From the NCBI GenBank assembly GCA_964106645.2, contig OZ067051.1: 64,000 nt of DNA; one strand, given 5' to 3'. The stretch comes from Podarcis pityusensis (taxonomy: Eukaryota). Below, piece by piece: positions 12,301 through 23,720 of the stretch. Made by a program: the position numbers and the translations under genes. The stretch's first letter is position 1. Every line of letters starts with the position of its first letter. The notes beneath the pieces are model-generated. The model saw only the letters and a list, made by a program, of their open reading frames with translations. It had not been told where the DNA came from and ran no database searches.

Positions 12301-14983
12301 TGTCCTTTGGCTATGTGGTCTGGAAAAAGCTTTCTCCTGCCGTGGTGGCTTTAAAATGGGCTAAGTTGATCTGCGTCTCAAGCACAATACTAGCAGGGTG
12401 CTTCAATCCCTGCTTGTTATAGAAAGAGGAGAGTACGTTTTAAAGTCCCTCTTCAAGAGATTGCTATTTACTGGCTTTTTGTTCAGAATAAATCCTAAAG
12501 AGGAGATGGGGGATGTGGCAGTCATATTCCTGGTCTTCAAAACTGAGGTAGCTTTTAAAAGAGTCTACCCCCGTCCAAGTCAAGTAAACAAGATTGCTCC
12601 TTGAATCTTGTTTTGCATGGTGTACCTCACCGCAGCATCAAAAGTTTTAAAATTTCAAAGCAGCTTGAAATGTTTTGTCCAAATTGACTGATAGCCATTT
12701 TGCAGTGGGCTTTTCTTGGCTTCCCAGGAGGGAATGTGGAAACTATTTCAATAGCACCCCCCCCCCCACAAGCACTTTTTGATTTAGTGTGTATTGATCT
12801 GCCCTGCTGATGTTCTCAGACATGCTTTCAGTAGCATCCAATATCTTAATCCTTGCTCATAGTCTGCTAATGAATACAGCAGTGTGTCCTGTTCTGGTTG
12901 ATGACCTCTTAATGTTGCCTCTCTTGCTGCTTGTGTTTCTGGAGTTCCGCTTTTACATTTGCTTTGGACCTTGCATATTGTGATTGGGAACTGGTTTTGC
13001 GAATACGCATTAGGAAGGCCATCAAGGTGTATCAATTGTGGCTGTTCCTTTGAAACACGTGGGAGCAACAACAGGGAAATGACTGGATCTCCTTACCATG
13101 TATCTTGAAGGGGGAGGAGCCGTAGCCTTGTACATCTGGGGCAGAACAATCTAACCATAGGAGTCCAGTGTCATTTATGCAAGGGTAAAATCTGCCCGAA
13201 TGCTCCTTTTTTGAGACTAGTTCCAGCTGAGCTGGGTTGGATGATGGACTGGTGCATCTCTGACTGAGCTGGAATGAGGGGCTTTACCTAGCTGAGCCCT
13301 GACTCAATTGGAGATCCACCTATTCCAAACTCTTGGCAGATCAGATATTGGGTTTGGATTGCTCCCGAAATGTATCTAAATGTGGGGAATCACTTCCCTA
13401 ATGCAAAATATATGTATGTTCAAGTCATTACACTAGTTCAATTCAACAGGACCTGCAGGAGAGCTGGCTGTGGCCACCCACCCACAGTGAGACAAGTAGA
13501 ATAAAACAGCAAAATGTTCATAGTAGAACACTGAAAGGGAGCAGGGAATGTGGTGCAGTATGGCATTGGTAGCACTGTTTTGCGTGTTGGGAGTGAACCA
13601 AAGAGGATCTCCCCTTCATTTATTTGTCTTCCTCTAGTCACAGACCCGTGAAGGATCCATAAGCAAAACTGCAAAGTACTGCTGGTTCAGAAAATGTTCT
13701 GAATTTCTAAACTTGAAAGAGGTAGGATCTGTTTTCCCTCCCAGGCCCATTAATTTCTAGTGTGAGTATGGATTGGTTAATTTCCAAGCTCCATGTAGCT
13801 AAATGGTCCCACTCTCCAGGTTGGTGTTTTGGAAACCTTCCTCAGGAAAGCTTTTTGCCTTCAGAAACTGGCCTCTGAAAAAGTAGGTACACTTTGCTTG
13901 CAGGAACAGTCCTGTGATGTTAATTCTTAATGTCAGCGGCCACCTTCAGACTTTGGCCAGTTATACTGATAACACACACTGCTTTATATCATTGGAAAAC
14001 GTGGTCAGTTTTGAGGAAAATAAATAAAAGGATGAAGCTGTTCTCAAGGGAGGGAAAGACAGTAAAAGTCAAGATCTGGTTGCCACTACTTGAGGGTCTG
14101 AAAGTGTTGTTTTGTGTAGTGTCCAGTACCAATCCCATGATCTTTATCATCACCAAAAGCAACACCAAACTTTTTTGTGTGAGATTTCTAAACTGCCCTT
14201 CATCAAGGGGATCCCAGGAACTCAATATGGAAAATTGTCTGGAAAGGAGCTCAGCCAGACCCTGATATGGTGACCTGCCATCATTTTTGAAGCATTTGGT
14301 GCAGAAGTTCCTATCTAGCCCATGTGATTAAGGAATAAAGTTTGAAAACATGTGGCTAGTGCCTGCTGTGAAGGCTTAGTTACCAAAGGGATTTTTGGAC
14401 AAGTCTTCCCATCGTAACAGGTTTCTGTACTATGACGAGTCTCCCAAATCAGTTGATAATTTTCATGCGCTCATGTAACCTGGCCCTCTAATGCCTGAGT
14501 TCATGTTGGAACAAGGCTAGGAATATTGTGACTCAAACAAATTTTGTATGGGTGTCCTTAAATTCGGAGCACAAGATGTTGATGTCCTCAGTGCACTATA
14601 ACAGTAAAATAAGAAGTGCAGAACAACAGGTTTATGACCACCAAGTAAATAAGACCTGAACTGCTACTAGGCTAGTAAAAAAAAGTGAGTGTATGTGGTT
14701 TCTATGGGGGAGGGGGTCAGTTCCCTCTCTGCTGGACCACTGTGGGTTGTGCCCCCCCCCCCCCCCCGCTGGTTGTAGAGCCTTTTCATCCTCTGCAGTT
14801 AGTACAGAAACCACGCAGAGGAGGATCAGTCATCCTTCCCTTTACTGCCAGGCTTGCTTGCCTAGAATTCTTAATTTGGCTACAGCCCCTAGGCAAGCTT
14901 ATAGGTTGTACTGATGGGGGGAAGGCAGGGAGCAAGGCCAGTTCACAACCCTCAAGTAACTCACTTGCCTTTTCTTCCGACAG

Positions 14984-15500
14984 GGTCACCTTGTCTGCCA
15001 CGGACTGTTACATTGTTCACGAAATCTACAACGGCGAGAATGCTCAGGACCAGTTTGAATACGAGCTGGAACAGGCCTTAGAGGCTCAGTACAAATACAT
15101 TGTGATTGAGCCCACGCGCATTGGGGACGAGACGGCCCGCTGGATCACTGTTGGGAACTGCCTGCACAAGACGGCCGTGCTAGCGGGCACAGCCTGCCTC
15201 TTCACCCCCCTGGCTGTTCCCGTAGATTATTCCCATTACATCTCTTTGCCTGCTGGCGTCCTCAGCATAGCCTGCTGCACCCTCTATGGGATCTCTTGGC
15301 AATTCGACCCCTGCTGCAAGTACCAAGTGGAGTATAATGCCTATAAACTCTCTCGCCTGCCCCTGCATACACTCACCTCCTCCACTCCCGTGGTTCTGGT
15401 GAGGAAGGACGACCTGCACAGAAAGAGACTGCATAACACGATAGCACTCGCTGCCCTGGTGTACTGTGTAAAGAAGATTTATGAACTTTACGCCGTATGA
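14984..15500 (+). CDS. TMEM11: TMEM11 coding exon 2
   Basis: Acceptor ttttcttccgacag|G, then VTLSATDCYIVHEIYNGENAQDQFEYELEQALEAQYKYIVIEP...KKIYELYAV*, near-identical to vertebrate TMEM11. Total CDS 71+517=588 nt, 195 aa. Confidence 0.97.
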
Positions 15501-15883
15501 TTGCGGCAGAGGAAGGAGAAATCCGCAAAGACAAAAAAAAAAAAAAGTGTATTAAGACTCCCACAGTGACATTCAACTTTTCTTCTTGAAGTGGTGCCTG
15601 GGAAGCAGTTTGGTTTATCCATATATTATTTTTTTTTGTTATTTTTAGAACAAAAATAACATGTCACTGGGTGCATCAAGGGAATTTTCAGTTTTCTTAC
15701 ACCTCAGACATGGATCTGCCGTGAAAAGGAACACTGTGGGAGCTGAAGTCAATAATGGAATGTCAATGAACGGAAAGATACCTAAGAGGGAGTGTGGGTT
15801 TTTTGTTTCCCCCCCAAGAAACCTTTAAGTATATTGTTTAATTGTATTCTACAGAACCAGCTCAAAGTTATCACTGACCATTC

Positions 15884-15889
15884 ATTAAA
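15884..15889 (+). terminator. Likely TMEM11 polyadenylation signal (ATTAAA)
   Basis: ATTAAA about 385 nt after the stop, followed by a GU/U-rich tract (gtggtttgctttcttttggtg). Confidence 0.55.
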
Positions 15890-18713
15890 GGATGAGAATT
15901 TCAAGTGGTTTGCTTTCTTTTGGTGCCAAAGTTGTTTCTAGAGGAATAACTCTTAAGGAAGGCTATAATCATACTAACTCGTGAGTTTGAAGTGCAGCTT
16001 TTGGTTATGAGTAGATGGCCTCCTTGAGGAGGGTTCACTGTTTACGGCAACAAGAGGAGGTTTGCTGGGTGCTTCCTTCATCAGAGCAAGCCCTTGATGT
16101 TAACTTGCCCAATATTTGTACTGCTGGAACACAGAAACATAAGCCATGCCCTTTTGCATGGGGCTTACCTGCCCTCAAAGCTTAGTAAGCCTTGCAGTGC
16201 AGGAAAGTCGCAGCAAAACTTAAAATGTTAACTAAGACAAGGCTGAATTTGCAAATTCTCCTGGATTTTACCTGGTGTTAAGATTATGCTGTTAGCATGC
16301 AAAGAACAATTCTTCCCTTCATGTAATTGTACAGGGATTAAATAGCCTTTATAATGGACTTCAGCCCTGTAAAAAGCACTTCAATGACAAATTTAAATAT
16401 CCTCCATAGCAGATTATAGTGTAACTGCCCTATTGTGAGCACTTCTCCAGAATTTATTTTTTATTCTGAATACTAATGCCCAGTGAAGCATGTGCTGTTT
16501 GAACATCTCAGTACACTGTTAAAGAACAGGTCTGTTAAGTATCTCTTTCCCATGATTTATAACACTAAAACTTGCTTCTGAATGCTGTAAGCAAATGATC
16601 TTCTATAAACTGCCAGCCCCTATGACACTCTCACAAAAACTCATTTGGCGCATGCAATTCCCCCCCCCCCCCCAAGTACAAGTGAAATTGTAGGCAGACC
16701 ACTTGCTCTTCTATAACAGGACTTTATTTCAATTATTATTGCATGCACCCTCTTTAAACTTTGCTGTTATCTGGCAGAAAAAAATCCATGTTATGTTCTT
16801 CCCTCCCTAGCATCTAGTTCAACCTATCTTGGATCCTGCCCCTGCTACCCAGTGATGGGGAACTCGGGGATGAAGCCAGTGCTAGCCACACTTAAGAGTG
16901 GACCCACTGAAATGAATGGGCCTCCTCTGAATATCCTTGGTGACATAAGAGTGTAATGATAGTTGAGCATGAGGTATATCGTACTTGCCATTATGGATGG
17001 GGAACTTGAGGCAGAGCTGCCCTTCTTGCAGTATTTAGTCAAGTCCCCTGCTCCTTTTAACTTTTCAGTGAACTGTGGATTGTGTATAAGTCTTCATTTC
17101 CTAGTTGGAAACAAGAAGTCTTCCCTCTGATCACATTTTAACTGATAAATCCTGGGTATTTTCACAAGACTCTGGGAAAGAGTAAGACTATTGTGACTTG
17201 CAAATGGAAGCATGTGAACATGCTCAGGTCACGTACAGGTATATGCTCTTGCTTAGCGTGATAGCTGCAACCTGACCTTTGTGCAATGTTTAGTGACCTT
17301 GGAATGGCATCCCACAAGGGCAAAGCCAGAACTCAGTGCTATCTTTAGCCCTTGGAATCCAGTACAGCAAGCTGCTTGCTGCTGCTTCTGTTCAGTAGGT
17401 CAGTTTGGCCAAGGGTTGAAATCCTGCAGCCTTCTGGTCACAGTATCTGTTGAGTGCGCCAAGCAGATTCCTGTAGCTGTATTTGCTTGCTGAAGACGAG
17501 GATTATAACAGGCATTCTGCAAGTAACTAATGCAGTAATTCCCTCAAATTATAAACCAGAACGGTGAAAAAAGCACAAATATTATGTAAAGTGTTTTAGC
17601 TTCTGCTGGTACAAGCAATCACTAATGTTCATTTATTTACTCTCAAGGTTAAGAATTCTGAGAACCATCTTGTTAGTTCTATGGAGTTATGTGATTGCTG
17701 CAAGGAATCTTTGTGTTACCTGCCTTATGAAACTGCATCTGTCTACGAACAATTCTGCTTTCAGGAATTAGGCTTTTGAATTTGCCATTAGAGAATCAGT
17801 AAGACTGAATGGGGATGGAGGCTGGTGCTACTATCAGACAAGGATGTTCTTTGCACACTAAATACTACATTCAGATGAGCTGCAGAGCAAACAGTATATG
17901 TAGTTCCTCTTTCATGTCTATTTTAATAGCAGTTAGCAACTCAGATCTGCCTAAGGAAGGCAAGCTGCAGCATCCCACCCACCCCAGATAACTGGGGGGC
18001 GGGGGGGGGGGACAACAGCTTTCTGATACTTGGATGTGCTAGTGGAGTTACCTGTAGTTCCTAGCCAGGACCTACTCTGAGCTTAACAGGTGAGAATACC
18101 AAGCTAGGCTACTAGGAATAAGGGTAGCGGAGGTGGTGGCTTTTGAGTCCTGGCCAAAATGCAGTAAGTGCAGTTGGGCAATGCATGTGCAGCACAAGCT
18201 TATTTAATTTCAGCTGCCTGCATCCCTGGCAAAAAGAAGCAGCCTGCAACCACTTAGGTTTTTTAAGAGAATGATATTGGAGGCAATGGTTTTCTTTCGT
18301 TCTCCCCCAAGAAGTATTTTACATTCAGCTGATGAGAGCCTAGGCCAGAGGAAAGTAAACATAGTAAGCTGCCAGTAGCCTGTTGTCTTGTGGACAAGCC
18401 CAAATAAGACGAATGGGAGCTGTGGAGGTGTGCAGTTCCTGCTCATTTCAACACGCAGGAGAATTTTCCCGTGGCCTAACTCCTTGCAGATGAAGCCTTT
18501 TGTCCCAGGGAGCCAACAAAGCTGTAAGTGGTGAAAGCAGCTTTTCGGATGCCATCAGTGACGTGCAAGCAGCACAAGCCTGGCTCCAACTCTTCACGGC
18601 AAGCGAGAGATGCAACTTAAACAATCCTGAAGTTCATGCTTCCCACAGACCCTGGACACATCAGCTGGTAGCTTCTGGTTTTAAACCAATGGTTTAAAAT
18701 GAACTCCAATTGG

Positions 18714-18919
18714 TTAAGAATCCTTGGCTTTCCTTTCTTTCCGGGCTCTAGATGCCATAAAGTGGAAGAAGAGCCTGGGACAGAGCGTTCGCACATACAC
18801 GGCCAGAGAAGGCATGAAGCCAGCAACCAGCACTTCCTTCTTCTTCTCCCCAACAGCACTCAGAACCACCTGAGCCACCTCTGCAGCTGCCTTGCCTTCA
18901 GAAGTTGACTTGTCCATTA
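18714..18919 (-). CDS. DHRS7B: DHRS7B coding exon 7 (last)
   Basis: (V)[67 protein letters not shown]. Summed CDS 972 nt, 323 aa. Confidence 0.95.
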
Positions 18920-19238
18920 CTGAAAAGAACAACAAATTACTACCTCCCTCTAGAGATTATTTTCGGTTGGTGGATCCAGGAGGCTCAAGATTACAAATTA
19001 AGCCCATAGATCAAGAGATGTCCAGAGGTGAGACTCTGCAAACAAGTCTGTGACCACTGAACATGGGCTACTAAAGCCACTGAAGATTATCCAACTTCGT
19101 TAAATGTGCTAGTTTTTATATTGGGCCTTTTCAGTCAATGCCAAACTTTGAGAAACCGGGTTTTCCCCTTTCCCTCCACTGGCACTCCCTGTACGCCAAC
19201 AGATACATATAATTTACACAAGCAAAGCTAGTCCTCAC

Positions 19239-19391
19239 CTCCATACTGGGATCCATCTGCCATTACGGAATTAAGTGAGAGATTTGTCTGAATGTAGCCG
19301 GGGCTCACAACTGTGACGTCGATGTCGTACTGCTCCACTTCTGCTCGTAGGCAGTCAAAGAAGGCTTGGGTGGCATGCTTAGAGGCAGCAT
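19239..19391 (-). CDS. DHRS7B: DHRS7B coding exon 6
   Basis: (Y)[38 protein letters not shown]...YG. The catalytic YxxxK forms across the splice junction. 153 nt. Confidence 0.95.
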
Positions 19392-20381
19392 CTAAAAACC
19401 CCGAAGGTGACACAATTTCAGTTGATTTCTGATCTGCAGCTTCCCAGCCAAAATGCATAGCTGCCTTTTGCATGAAGCATGTAACAGTGTAAATAGCTAT
19501 TAGCTACCAGAACTGAATGCAGCCTATTCCAAGGCAGTAGGCTTTTGCTGGGGCAAGCAACAAGGGTGATTATGTCTTGATTCTGCTCTGCTTACAAGAT
19601 TTCCAATGACATCTTGCCAGTGTTGGAGCACACAGGCCCTTGGTCCAGCCCAGGATGGGCAGACTTTAATAGTATGCCAGCTGCTGAACAGCTTCTCATT
19701 AAAGGAAAATTTGGGAATATCATAAAGGGACTGTAAGAATTCAAAACCAAGTTGTAAACTTGCATGAGTCTCTGCAAGGATCTTCATAATCATGTGAAAG
19801 AATTTCTGTTTTAGAGAGGGAAAATTGGAGGTCAGCTCTAATGCGCTCTTTGCTGAATCAAACAGGTTTATTCCAAACAAATGAAGCAAGAGCTTTTGAG
19901 CATGGTGTCTTTTTACAGGCTACGAACAATGGCACTACCCTGTTCCTTTTCCAATTTCTTATTTTAGGATTGGAGGGTTAGATTTCAATATATGCGGAGA
20001 AGTTCCAAGTCTGTTAGGTTAGCATGAATGCTATAATCAGATTCAGCACAACTACCTAGGCAGATTTTGATGGCAAAGTTTGCATTCTTATCGTAAATGT
20101 GATGTAGGGGGAGGAATACCTGGGTAAGGGCAGTGATTATCCAGAATGAAGTTGGGCATTTTGGACCACACAATGCAAGATGTATGCTACCTTCTGGTGA
20201 TGCAGAAGATACCAAAGCACCCCACTAAAATGGGACCCTGCATTGCTGGCACCCGTAGAAATTGAGTTCTTTGTGCAGTAGGACTGGCCCTGTGGAAGTC
20301 ACACCCAGCTCTGGAGACAAGCAAAGATGAAGATAGGGAGAGCAGAAACTATTCTTCCCAATGTTTGAGGTTCGCCTAAGC

Positions 20382-20517
20382 CAGTGTTTCTGAAACTTGA
20401 GTCACCTGCTTTTGCTGGACTACGACTCCCATCATCCCTGACCACTGGTCCTGCTAGCTAGGGATGATGGGAGTTGTAGTCCAACAAGAACAGGAGACCC
20501 GCGTTTGAGAAACACTG
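20382..20517. mobile_element. hAT-like foldback MITE (ggactacaactcccatcatccc family; relatives near 1400, 21300, 24120, 26050, 41480)
   Basis: TIR CAGTGTTTC/GAAACACTG, palindromic body, degenerate 8-bp TSD GCCTAAGC/GCCTGAGG. Confidence 0.7.
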
Positions 20518-20644
20518 GCCTGAGGCTCCCCTCCCTTGAGCTCTATATGTGCTGTATCTACTATAATGTGTTGGCTGCCCCTTTCCGGTGAACTGGTGGT
20601 TCCAGAGCAGCCAACCCTTCCCAAGCCTTGTGAAGAATACTTAC

Positions 20645-20737
20645 AAGCCGAGCGGTAAGGAATGCTAATTTTGCCTTGAACGCTGCTGATGGCGACAATA
20701 TGGCCTTTTCTCCTCTTGATCATGGAAGGCAGAATTG
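20645..20737 (-). CDS. DHRS7B: DHRS7B coding exon 5
   Basis: (A)[30 protein letters not shown], 93 nt, boundaries tag| and |gtaagt. Confidence 0.95.
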
Positions 20738-22018
20738 CTAGAGAGAGGAGGGAGGGGGAGAGAATGAGAATGCAACTCCACAATCTTGCCATGAGAAATA
20801 ATGTGTGCTTCGATCCTGGGAGACCAGGGTTTCTTCCTTATGCTGCTACCTAGAATCGTGTGTGTGTGTGTGTGTGTAAGTGTAACTGTCTTACACAAAT
20901 GTATTTCAACTGCCTAATTTATCCTAGTCACAATTTCTTGGGGATTCCTAGCAGACCTTGAAGTTGCAATATTTGTAGAAATGCTTCCTGAAGAGAGAGG
21001 CAAAATAATCGCACTGGGATCCAAAAGATGACCTTGCAGTTACTTCTTATCCAAGGCAGGAATTGTTCCTACCCTGATGCTGAAAAACTCTATTTGGAAC
21101 AAAGTTCCACTGATTTCAGTGAAAGAAACAAGTCCTTTTTTCTTAAGAAATCTACTTGAACATAAAATAGGATGCACACTGGAGAAGGGTCAGCTGGAAC
21201 AGGTGGGTCCCATTTTTACTTGCCCAGAAACTCAGTAAGGAAGGTGCAAATAAAACTATTGTATCCCTGTATTATATAGACAAGCCTTTCTCAACCTTTG
21301 GTCCCCAGATGCTCTCAAACTGCAACTCACATCATTCCTGTCCACTGGCCATGGTGGCTAAGGGATGAGAGTTGTAGTCCAAAAACATCTAGGGACCCAG
21401 GGCTGAGAAAGGCAGACACAGACTATAAGCAAGGAATGTAAGACTCAGTGGAGCTAGTGGGCCAACGTTTCCACCAAGCAACTGCTGAGGGGCTGCATCT
21501 ACATTTTTCCCACCAGTGTAGTGTATAACAGCCAATTCCGCAGACCTCTTTCAGTTTCCTGCTGCCCTCTAGGATTTTCTCCATGTAGAGAAATGCTACA
21601 AGGGCAGGGAGAGTTGCTTTGAAAGAGGGATCAGCAGCCAAGTTGACTGCCTGATGCTTGCCCGCTTCGCTTTTCTACAAGCTCCTCCAGCTCAGGAAGA
21701 TATTAAAATGGCAAGCAAGGACCATTTTAGCTTGAAAGTAAGCCTATGATTTGTGTCACCATGGTCATTTTCAAGACTGTTACATGAAGCACGTCCCACA
21801 GGCTTTACGAAGACAGCACTTAAGTGGTCTACATAGAATCATAGGATTGTGGAGTTGGAAGGGATCCTGAGGGTCATCTAGTCCAACCCCCTACAATGCA
21901 GGAAGCAAATCTAGAATATTGCAGAGGTGTAACTGCTAAAGAAGTGGGGCACAGTAACCACTGCAGGAAAGGTTAGGATGTGTGCAGAAAGACACAGGAG
22001 GAGGCTGTTACAGTGTAC

Positions 22019-22229
22019 CTTTTGTCAAAGCAATTGGGCCAAAGTAATTGGTTTCCATCACTTTCCTGTCCACTTCCATTAGGGTGTCCACAATTGTGCC
22101 GCGGTAGCTGATTCCAGCATTGTTAATCAAGATGTCCACATGGCCTGCACACTTCAAAATCTCTGCGGCAGCGCCAACGACTGCTTTGATGTCAGCGAGG
22201 TCAAAGACCACAGTGTGGTGTTTATGGGG
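22019..22229 (-). CDS. DHRS7B: DHRS7B coding exon 4
   Basis: [15 protein letters not shown]...[14 protein letters not shown]...[13 protein letters not shown], containing the SDR NNAG motif. Boundaries cag| and |gtacac. Confidence 0.95.
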
Positions 22230-22639
22230 CTGTTGGAAAAGAAAAGAAAAAAGCAGTTAATCGTATCTGAACCTATTCAGCTGCAAGGTTCATCGGGTAG
22301 CCTTGGTGAAACCACTCTCTTCGCCTATCCTCTCTCACAGTGTGATACTGGGAAGATAAAATGGCATTATAAACATGCCATAGGGATCTAGGGAAATGTT
22401 TATAAATCAACGCATGCTCTGGACATTTGAGGGAAGCCCCCTCCCAAAAAAATATTGGGGAGGGGGCAAAGGGCGTGGCACCCCTGCTACCAGCACGTTT
22501 GGAAGGAGCAACTGGCTTATATGGCTTAAAGCAGGGCAAATTCCTGGTTTTTGTTTAGGGTGGGGAGGGGATGGACCTTGGGCAAGGTGCTTTCAGGCCT
22601 AGTTAGCTTTCTCATTAACACACAATACAGAGATATCAA

Positions 22640-22810
22640 GGACCAGGCTTGCAGAAGACATCTGAAGGCAGCCCTGTTCAGGGAAGTTTTTAATGTGTGA
22701 CATTTTAATGTATTTTTAATCTTTGTTGGAAGCTGCCCAGAGTGGCTGGGGAAACCCAGCCAGATAGGCGGGGTACGAATAAATTATTATTGTTGTTGTT
22801 GTTGTTGTTG
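22640..22810 (+). mobile_element. LINE (L2-like) 3' end with (TTG)n tail
   Basis: gaagacatctgaaggcagccctgt...aataaattattattgttg. A reverse-complement copy lies at about 42570-42695. Confidence 0.5.
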
Positions 22811-23272
22811 CAGAGATTGCTGCTCCTCTTGCTGCTTGCTTGCTTGTTCAAAGAACAGATCAGGCAGCAGCAGCAGCAAGGATGGGAGGCACCAGGGATT
22901 GGCAGTGGGACACAGGCTTCAGTGAGCATTCAATGATGCTGAGCCTTGACGCCGACCCTGGCTTTAAAAGGGGGTTAATTTGACCCAGCAGCACACAGAA
23001 ACAAAACACATTGCAACCAACCATGCCCTGCACCCTCTGGACTCTTGCACTGCCAGCAAAACAAAATCCCTGTGTACGTGATGCTGACACAAAAGCCCTG
23101 CAAATGTACTATGTAAAAAAATGACATTTTACTGGCTTCCCCTTTCCACCTCTCTCCCTCTCCACCTCTCCTCTTCCCACAACTCCATAAACCTGTGACC
23201 TGCGTGAAAAGCATCACTGACCTACAGTCTCTCCACCTCCTCCTCTTCCTCCCCCCTCACCCCGTTGCTTAC

Positions 23273-23388
23273 ATTCTTTGGGTGGCCAGCAGCAGTGGAG
23301 AGCTCCTGCAGAAGGTCTTGAAGTCTCTCTCTGCTCCTACCACACAGCACCAGTTCTGACCCAGCGGCATGGAAAGCTTTGGCACATT
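23273..23388 (-). CDS. DHRS7B: DHRS7B coding exon 3
   Basis: Encodes (E)CAKAFHAAGSELVLCGRSRERLQDLLQELSTAAGHPKN with aag| acceptor and |gtaagc donor. Phases are consistent with the flanking exons. Confidence 0.93.
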
Positions 23389-23469
23389 CTTGGCAAAAAA
23401 AGAGAGAGAGAGGGACAGAAAAAAAATGCCTTTACACAACTCTTGTATGACCACACTTGGAATGCTCTT

Positions 23470-23720
23470 TTGGGTGAATGCACTTCGGAAAGGATACTGG
23501 TAGATCTAGAAACAGTGGAGAAAATGGCCAAATGATCAAGATTAAGTTAGAGACTACTTTGGTTAGGAAAAGAAGAACTCAAGTGGGCGGGGGGGGGAAC
23601 AACATGATTGCGATTTACAAAATTATGCATGCTGTATTGTGGAGAAATCATTGTAAAACCCAGGCTCAGCCAATGAAGCTGACTTTGGATCAGTTACGGG
23701 GTGAGCGACCTATAGCACAA
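23470..23720 (+). mobile_element. Degenerate CR1 LINE fragment
   Basis: Resembles the CR1 ORF2 3' region (aaaagaaga...acatgattg.g.tttacaaaattatgcatg). Confidence 0.4.

Noticed and set aside
14685-14983. 271-aa ORF suggesting an N-terminally longer single-exon TMEM11
   Set aside because: The upstream part is intron read-through: no ATG, a poly-C tract, and a clear acceptor at 14983 that joins exon 1 in frame.
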